Under the pieces are notes generated by a model. That model made no database searches. It was not told where the DNA came from and saw only the letters and a program-made list of their open reading frames with translations. Positions 28,636-35,330 of a stretch of 35,330 nt of DNA are shown one piece after another. Origin of the DNA: Terrimicrobiaceae bacterium (GTDB lineage: Bacteria > Verrucomicrobiota > Verrucomicrobiia > Chthoniobacterales > Terrimicrobiaceae); the NCBI GenBank assembly GCA_044342325.1, contig JBIIPZ010000032.1, positions 1 through 35,330 of the forward strand, written 5' to 3'. The translations under genes and the position numbers were made by a program. Position 1 is the first letter of the stretch. Each line of letters begins with the position of its first letter.

Positions 28636-28744
28636 AACAAATTATTAAACAAAGCTTTTAAAAACATCAGAGCGATTAAAAATTAGGTTAGAAGACCAAA
28701 TCAGCATGCGTAGATTTGATTCGATTACGAATAGAATGCAACAC

Positions 28745-29935
28745 TTACTTGGTGGCACGCACGAAGTTTTGTAGGATTTGATCGAAATTGTCTAACCACT
28801 GCGCATCGTTGTTATTCTTGCTGAGCCATTCACGCCCGGCTTTGCCTAAGTTTTGTGCTTTGGCGGGATCCGCTTCTAACATTTCAATCTGCTTGACCAA
28901 CTGGCTGACATTTCCCGGCTCATGTAGAAACCCAGTATAGGAATCATGCACAGTTTCGGCGAGCCCGCCGGATCGAGCAGCCAGCATAGGTTTGCAAGCG
29001 TTATAGGCTTCGTATGTCACAATTCCAAGGGGCTCCCACCAGAGAGAGGGAGCGATCATTGCCCGGCAATTCTGGATGCATGTCTTTTTGGTCAAGCCAT
29101 CAATCCGTCCTAAAAACTCAACTTTGCGATTCTGCGAAGAGTAGGCCTCGACTTGCTGAGCCAATTCTCCCTCGCCAGCTATTTTTAAAACGGGGGCCGA
29201 AGCACCGAGCTTTTTCGTTATTTGGTCCCAAGCATCCAGCAGCGTGAGAACTCCTTTAGCCGAAATAAGTCGGCCTAGGAACAAGTAGTAACCTTGATCG
29301 GATATACAAGGACTCACTGGATCAATCTGCGCACTATGGCGGAGTGTTACAATTTTGTTTTCAGGAATCCCCGCATTAATGAAAGTTGTTCTCATAAAGT
29401 TGGATATTGCAATCCAACGATCGATTTTTTTATAAAACCCTCCCGCATGCATGAAACTGATAGCCAATGCACAAATAAATGTTCGCAAACGAGATTGCTG
29501 CCAGGAGCCAGTTAAAATCTCGGGCAGAAAATTTTTACGCAGGCCCGCCGTCGCTAGTTTTCCGTTTGCCCAAAGATAACCATTCACGGAAAACGGGCGA
29601 AAGTTATGAATATAGTAAATAGATTTGATCCGGCGTCGTTGGACTTCATGCAGAACTGAAGCACTTCCATAAGGGAGAATGTTGTGGAAAAAAACCACAT
29701 CTGGTTTGACCGTATCGAGATGAGTCCCTAAAATCTCTGCCGCAGTAGAGTTCCAAAGTATCTGGCCGGTTGAAACAAACATCTGAGCAAGATTATCTGT
29801 TCCGGCCATCTGGCTACTATCAAAGTAGCACTGAAAAACTTGATGTCTCTCCGAGAGAACATTTGAAATGCGCTCCACGGAGATTTCCTCGCCGCCCCGT
29901 TGAAGGTAGCGATTAAAAACTTGAGTAATTTTCAC
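28745..29935 (-). CDS. Glycosyltransferase family 4
   Basis: YLQRGGEE, FLGRLISAKG, PSLWWEPLGIVTYEA, GGLAE...GFL. Confidence 0.92.
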   Translation of the reverse strand: MKITQVFNRYLQRGGEEISVERISNVLSERHQVFQCYFDSSQMAGTDNLAQMFVSTGQILWNSTAAEILGTHLDTVKPDVVFFHNILPYGSASVLHEVQRRRIKSIYYIHNFRPFSVNGYLWANGKLATAGLRKNFLPEILTGSWQQSRLRTFICALAISFMHAGGFYKKIDRWIAISNFMRTTFINAGIPENKIVTLRHSAQIDPVSPCISDQGYYLFLGRLISAKGVLTLLDAWDQITKKLGASAPVLKIAGEGELAQQVEAYSSQNRKVEFLGRIDGLTKKTCIQNCRAMIAPSLWWEPLGIVTYEAYNACKPMLAARSGGLAETVHDSYTGFLHEPGNVSQLVKQIEMLEADPAKAQNLGKAGREWLSKNNNDAQWLDNFDQILQNFVRATK

Positions 29936-30141
29936 GAAAACAAGTGATGTTATTTAAAACGCATGCAATTATAAAGCGATTCTTACCGAGGTAGTAATTT
30001 GAAATCCTGCGGAAACAAAAGTTTCTTCACCAGTGCCCAAGTATACTCTATCCAACGGTGGTGTTCAAAAAACGACTCATTGCAGTGCTTGGAGGGAGAT
30101 TCCGCATAAAAACATCCGTAAAAAATGAATAGGTTTAGGAA

Positions 30142-31104
30142 TTACTTTGGCCATAAACCCGAAAGCCTTGCCATGATGGGCTTGACTCCGGATGAAGTAT
30201 GAATTTTTGTGTTGATGCGAAAAAGCTGATAGCTTCCTGAAAACAAGCGTCGCAAGCGGTTGTGTAAAATAACAAAAGGTTTCAAAATCTTGGGAGGCCA
30301 CCGCGTCTCTGTCCGCCAATGCTCAAGCTCATTGTAGTCCTTCTGTGCGCTCAGATTTTGTCCCGTAAATGTATAAGCTGAAAATAGTATGCTGCAGGCA
30401 TGAATGTGTTTTTTGCTGAGCAGAAAATGCTCCATTAAAATGGCATCACTAATAACCTTCCAGCGTGGATCCAAAGGAGGACTCGGCAAGCTGGATTTTT
30501 TGAAAAACATGGCGCAACTCAGCGAGTGCAGATGGTCCAAGCGCGTATGCCAAAGGCTAGGAACCATAATTCTGCGGTAGCAAACAGGCTCCAAGGCTGA
30601 ATTAAGCAAAATGGCATCCCCTAAGAGGACATCCAACTCGGGCCGTTGCTTAAAAAGATCGGCGGCTTTCGAGAGTGCGTCTGGCAGGTATTGCTCGTCG
30701 GAATTCAACCAAGCGCAAATCTCTCCACTTGAACGTGCGAGCCCTCGATTGATCGCATCATACATTCCCGCGTCCTTTTCGCTGAAGATCTTGAGGGAGT
30801 AAGCTGGACGCCCCTTTACGGTAGGATTTGGGTGTTGATGGCTGATCTCTCGTCCCTCGTCTCTAGCCTCTTTTTGCTTGCTAATTATGAGCTCGGCGTC
30901 ACGGTAAAACTCAGCGCCCAATTCTCGCGCTAATTCTTCTATGCCGGGCGTTCCTGCGTCTTGAATGATGTGCTCGATGGCAGGTGTCGAGAGTCCATAG
31001 TCGAGAGTCGAGGGAAGGACTTGATCTCGCACGCTGGCGATGCACAATCGCAACCAATCCAGTTGATTGTATGTTGGTGTGACGATGCTGAAAATACTCG
31101 GCAT
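30142..31104 (-). CDS. Glycosyltransferase family 2 with loop insertions
   Basis: FSIVTPTYNQ, EHIIQDAG, SEKDAGMYDAINRG, WLNSDEQY. Start placed at ATG 31104 (ORF track 31212). Confidence 0.88.
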   Translation of the reverse strand: MPSIFSIVTPTYNQLDWLRLCIASVRDQVLPSTLDYGLSTPAIEHIIQDAGTPGIEELARELGAEFYRDAELIISKQKEARDEGREISHQHPNPTVKGRPAYSLKIFSEKDAGMYDAINRGLARSSGEICAWLNSDEQYLPDALSKAADLFKQRPELDVLLGDAILLNSALEPVCYRRIMVPSLWHTRLDHLHSLSCAMFFKKSSLPSPPLDPRWKVISDAILMEHFLLSKKHIHACSILFSAYTFTGQNLSAQKDYNELEHWRTETRWPPKILKPFVILHNRLRRLFSGSYQLFRINTKIHTSSGVKPIMARLSGLWPK

Positions 31105-31196
31105 AGGTTGTGCTTCTTTTGCGTAGAAGGTGCCTTGTGAACCTAAAGCGTTCTGGGCGTTTCGGCACCGCGCAGGCAAGAAATGCAAAAAAGGTT

Positions 31197-31928
31197 TTAA
31201 GATCGTATCCAAAGGGCATCAATTTGTATTGCCCTACCAGTCAGATCGTGAAGGCTGGGGTATGTATTTCTGAGGATAAAACCATGTTTTTCAAGAAACT
31301 GGTGAATTTCCCAGAAAGAAGATTGACCTTTATACATTGGCGCCAATGGGCATTCGACGAAGAGACCTTCGATTCGCGGCAAGCTTTGCATCGCCCCCAC
31401 AAGGACGCGCAATTCAGTTCCTTGGACATCAAGTTTTAAAAAAAATGTGGTGTTGCAAGCTGTGTCACACGCCACCCAGTCGTCAAAAGTTGTAGTTTTT
31501 ATTTGGACAATTCTTAGATGCGATGTAAGTGATGAAAGATTTTCAGTGTTCACCACATCATTCTCCAATATGGAATTCGTTTGTTCGTTACTGTTAATAA
31601 AAAAAGGGGTTTCTCCTGTGAAGTCTGCTAATGCTAAATTGAAACATCGCAAGTTGTCATGGTTTTTCATTCGCCGGTTTAATTGCGCAAAAGATTCGGG
31701 GGTTGGTTCGAAGGCGCAGACTGGGTTTGAACATTCATCAAGTATGCGATCCACCGTTATGCCGATGTGTGCCCCTACATCAATATAAATTGTTTCTGGT
31801 TTTGATCTTAAGATTTTTGTTATATCAAGCCAAGCATCTGGGCAGCGAAGCATTTGTCGGCCAAGTCGCGCCATTTTGCGAGCAGCAATTCGGACAACAC
31901 GGTTTTTTAAAAATAGTGATTGTATCAT
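31197..31928 (-). CDS. FkbM-family methyltransferase
   Basis: IDVGAHIG, AFEP, NLAL, LKLDVQGTELRVLVGA. Confidence 0.92.
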   Translation of the reverse strand: MIQSLFLKNRVVRIAARKMARLGRQMLRCPDAWLDITKILRSKPETIYIDVGAHIGITVDRILDECSNPVCAFEPTPESFAQLNRRMKNHDNLRCFNLALADFTGETPFFINSNEQTNSILENDVVNTENLSSLTSHLRIVQIKTTTFDDWVACDTACNTTFFLKLDVQGTELRVLVGAMQSLPRIEGLFVECPLAPMYKGQSSFWEIHQFLEKHGFILRNTYPSLHDLTGRAIQIDALWIRS

Positions 31929-32047
31929 GATGTAATTACAATAACCAGATAATATTTTTTACGTCAATAATTAGTATGCTTATGTTATAAAAAATTGCAG
32001 TTATAAAAATTAGTATTTTTTATTAATTTTAGATTTATGTTACTTAC

Positions 32048-33652
32048 TTATAGCTTATTTTTAAAGGACCAAGCGCCATAAAGCCAAGAAGATGCGGCAT
32101 AAAAGCATAAAAAACCAATGCAAATACTTGCGACTATGGCTAAAGATAAGGTTCCGCTGGCAAGGGCCGTGCTTGCAATGAGCTTTTTGAGCGGCATAGC
32201 GCACCAAAATCCGAACAGGATAAGACCATAACCACTAATGGGAATCCAATACCTATGATCTTTCAAAATTCGAGAATGGATGGAATGACAAAGCAACAAC
32301 CAAACCGGAAGATCAAAAAGCCGTGCAAGCGCCGCACCGACCAAACCGAACTCGGGGATCAGCAGAATTGCAGCAAAGGCCACCGAAATACCGAAAGCTA
32401 AACAGGCCATAGCATTAAGCCTCACATAACCAGCCCCATTTAGGAAAAAATAAGGCACCGCCGTGCTTGCCAAAAGCGTATTGGCTAATGCCACATAGGG
32501 TAAAATAGGTGCAGAGTTTAACGCAGTATCTACACCAAGCCACGCAGCAAGGATAGGTTGCGGAAAGAGGAATAGAGGCAGATTCAAAGCAAATCCTAGA
32601 GCAGTTGAAAAAGCCATTCCGTGACTGTAAAGTTTTCGAAATTGAGCTGTGGCACCGGATTCCTGCATGGCTGCAGCCATAGGAAAAATGAACGAAACGG
32701 TTCTGGATAGCAATCCATGAGTAAGGACGGTTAATTGAACGCAGACTAGATAATATGAAAGGAAGATGGGTCCTAGCATCGCCCCGATGACCAAACGATC
32801 GACTTGGCCGTAAAGAATAGTGCCTATAGATTGGACCCAGGACCAAAATGCGAAACCGCCCAGTTCTAAGAAAATCGGACGATTGAATCCCGGCGCAAGC
32901 CAACTAAAGCTGCCAATTAGGCGTCCGACCATTGCTGATAGCCCGGCCATTCCAAGCCCTAACACCGCCACATTTAGCCAAAGTATCTCTACCAACCCCT
33001 TCCCCATCGAAGCTAATAGGCAGGCACCGCCGACATTCCCGATGGTGTTGAAAATAGTAAACCATGATTCGATATCATATCGTTCATGTCCTTGAGCAGC
33101 CGCTTCCGCGACTGAGTAGAGGAAGCGCATAAGCAATGCTAAGCTGGCCACACGTATACAGCTAACTATTGAAATTCTATTGCTATCAGTGAGTTGTGTA
33201 AAAAAATTGGCAAAAATTGGGGCAAAGAAGAAAACAATGATTGCAAGTGAACTCGCAAGCAAAACCAATAGCGTCAGTGTCGAGCGCAAAACACAAATTA
33301 CCGAGCCCATGTCACCCCGGGCACGATACTTTGAAACAAATTTGACTGCTGCTGCACCGAATCCAAGTGAAGCGAGACCGGATACTGAGATCATCGAGTT
33401 AACCAGCATCCAGACGCCGTAAATATCGATGCCCAATGTCTTCATCAGATAGGGGGTGGCCATAAGCTGAAGCGCCGGCGCCATGAGAAAACCAAGACCG
33501 CTCCAACCTCCATTTTTTGCTGCACGCCGGAACGATAATGAACACCTCAAATGCGCAGCTTTCTCTCTTAAGAAAACAGGCAAGCAGGCCTCGAGCCTGG
33601 CTGACGGTGAGCATGCCGAGGTATCAAAAATAAGAGGAATGGTCATTCGCAA
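32048..33652 (-). CDS. Wzx-type oligosaccharide flippase
   Basis: ~12-14 TM; TPYL..LG...YG.W, DRLVIGAMLG, GLVGAALAR. True start probably downstream (e.g. TTG 33550). Confidence 0.85.
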   Translation of the reverse strand: MRMTIPLIFDTSACSPSARLEACLPVFLREKAAHLRCSLSFRRAAKNGGWSGLGFLMAPALQLMATPYLMKTLGIDIYGVWMLVNSMISVSGLASLGFGAAAVKFVSKYRARGDMGSVICVLRSTLTLLVLLASSLAIIVFFFAPIFANFFTQLTDSNRISIVSCIRVASLALLMRFLYSVAEAAAQGHERYDIESWFTIFNTIGNVGGACLLASMGKGLVEILWLNVAVLGLGMAGLSAMVGRLIGSFSWLAPGFNRPIFLELGGFAFWSWVQSIGTILYGQVDRLVIGAMLGPIFLSYYLVCVQLTVLTHGLLSRTVSFIFPMAAAMQESGATAQFRKLYSHGMAFSTALGFALNLPLFLFPQPILAAWLGVDTALNSAPILPYVALANTLLASTAVPYFFLNGAGYVRLNAMACLAFGISVAFAAILLIPEFGLVGAALARLFDLPVWLLLCHSIHSRILKDHRYWIPISGYGLILFGFWCAMPLKKLIASTALASGTLSLAIVASICIGFLCFYAASSWLYGAWSFKNKL

Positions 33653-33705
33653 CTGAATAAACTAAAAAGCGCCCGTTTTTTCGATATCATAGGCAAGACG
33701 CAAAT

Positions 33706-35169
33706 CTAATCAGAAGTTTCATAGCTTTTTGCAAAAATCTTTTCATATTCACGAATAGCACATCCCAAGAATATCCAAAAAGGTATTGCAGCAAATGGAG
33801 CCTCAAAAGTCGACTGAACCAAACTATTCGCTACTGCTGCCAAAACAAAAGACCAAGCGTAAAACCCCCAAACGGGTCGCTTGTCAAATTTCATAGCTAT
33901 TGCAAAATTAAAGGCGTAAACAAAAATAGAAAAGATTAACGAAGCCCACAAGATGAAGCCAACAAGACCTAACCGCCCTAGCGCCGTAAAAAGAATATTA
34001 TGAGGATAACGAGAAATAGATCCATCATCCTCAATAACACTCGCTGAAAAGTAGTCTTTCATAAACTCTGTGGAAATATCAGAGCCAAGGCCACTTCCAA
34101 AAAATGGATTTTTAACCAGTGTGTTTTCTGTGATTTTACTCCACCAGATGTATCTCCATTCAGCCGTTGAACCTGTGCGAACATTTCCGCTTGTAAAAAT
34201 CTCACCGGGAAGAAGGCTCTTAAACTCGCTTTCAACTCTATCCTCTAAATCCTTTGAGTAAGTTCCTCCTATCGCAAAAATTGCAATGACTGTCATCGAT
34301 ACTGAAATTAAAATACCTATAGCAACTTGAATCAGTTTGACGCGAAGTTTTTTAACAAAGAAGTAAAGCCCCATTGTAGCAACTAATCCTAAGAAGAATG
34401 CTGATTTTAAATTTGCGAGCGAAAACAAAACCAACCCAATGGCGCATGAAATTCCTAACAAGGATAGACCTGATCTGGTAACTCCAGATGCCAAAAAACT
34501 TGTAAGCATCGAAAAAACAGGAACAAGCGTATCAACATGAGGCATAAAAATGGGTCTTCCGCGGAGACTTAGAGGCACGGCTTTAGTCCAATCTAAGTTT
34601 AAAACTGTGCTAATAATTAACATTATAACTGCAATTATGGAAGCTGTTAATGATATTCTGTAGAATGTTTCTCTGCTTTTTTCTAATTTAAAAACATCAT
34701 AGGAAACAATGAAGTAACCTATATATCCAATCATTGCATAGTCTCGCAATGCCAAAAAACCATAAGTTTCAATTACAAAAAATAATTGTATTGTGCCTGA
34801 TATCACAATCGCTGATAAAATATAAATTAGTGCACCGCTAGGAAAAGGCTTGTCGATTTTTCGTAATGATAACCGTAGTAACCAACAAAACCCACACCAA
34901 GCCAGAACTATTTCACCAACATAAAATGGCTGTATTCCTATATAAGCAAATCCTTTTCCTGCAATGATATATCCAACAACTAGTAGGCATAATATAGACC
35001 TTATTAGTTTTGCGTTATGCAATGCGGAAGCAACAGCAGCAATTAATGAGAGCAATATAGATGCAATTATAATTTCAAAAAAATTGTTGTTACTAATTGA
35101 TAGAGATAACCATAATGCAAACATTACTCCTATAAAAGGAATGAAAAATTTTATTAAATAATAATTCAT
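33706..35169 (-). CDS. O-antigen ligase/polymerase (WaaL/Wzy-like) membrane protein
   Basis: Multi-TM; WRYIWW...NPFFGSGLG...YPHNILFTALGRLGLVG; AT-rich. Confidence 0.8.
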   Translation of the reverse strand: MNYYLIKFFIPFIGVMFALWLSLSISNNNFFEIIIASILLSLIAAVASALHNAKLIRSILCLLVVGYIIAGKGFAYIGIQPFYVGEIVLAWCGFCWLLRLSLRKIDKPFPSGALIYILSAIVISGTIQLFFVIETYGFLALRDYAMIGYIGYFIVSYDVFKLEKSRETFYRISLTASIIAVIMLIISTVLNLDWTKAVPLSLRGRPIFMPHVDTLVPVFSMLTSFLASGVTRSGLSLLGISCAIGLVLFSLANLKSAFFLGLVATMGLYFFVKKLRVKLIQVAIGILISVSMTVIAIFAIGGTYSKDLEDRVESEFKSLLPGEIFTSGNVRTGSTAEWRYIWWSKITENTLVKNPFFGSGLGSDISTEFMKDYFSASVIEDDGSISRYPHNILFTALGRLGLVGFILWASLIFSIFVYAFNFAIAMKFDKRPVWGFYAWSFVLAAVANSLVQSTFEAPFAAIPFWIFLGCAIREYEKIFAKSYETSD

Positions 35170-35330
35170 CTACGTAAAATATATGAAAAAATTTTTATTA
35201 AAAGTTTATTCCATTTAGGAATTAGTTTTAGTTCCCTATTTTTGATGCAAGAAAACCAACGCAAACAAAGATTGCGGCGCAGGCCCAACTGAACTTGTCT
35301 CTTGCTGCAAACAGCACCGGGTAGGACAGA

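Noticed and set aside
29983..30141. Stop-free stretch continuing in frame after the GT2 stop codon
   Set aside because: About 50 codons with no start codon near its beginning and no recognisable motif; no support for readthrough or a small gene.

Overview
Bacterial chromosomal window. Gene content and codon style suggest Verrucomicrobia (inference only). Left to right: the 3' end of an ISAs1-family transposase, an ankyrin-repeat protein, System II cytochrome c maturation genes (resB/ccsA), and tRNA-Thr-tuf-tRNA-Trp-secE-nusG followed by rpsA instead of the usual rplK-rplA. Next come a CGWS glutaredoxin, a J-domain protein, ispD and a lipid A acyltransferase. A REP-associated tyrosine transposase (RAYT) sits inside an array of exact-period 157-bp units, each made of two inverted, covarying GGAG-type REP hairpins, followed by a DUF192 gene. 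Then comes a complete Alternative Complex III operon (actABCDEF plus actG-like). It continues into a cbb3 CcoN homolog that has lost all six His metal ligands and the cross-linked Tyr, then ccoO, a c-type cytochrome and a CuA-bearing coxB. No catalytic oxidase subunit I is present, and the operon ends in a second cluster of the same REPs. The right end is a lower-GC, minus-strand exosortase/polysaccharide cluster (GT4, GT2, FkbM, Wzx, Wzy/WaaL-like). The two strongest candidates for new biology are the ACIII + pseudo-CcoN + CcoO + CoxB hybrid respiratory operon and the RAYT with its 157-bp two-REP module.
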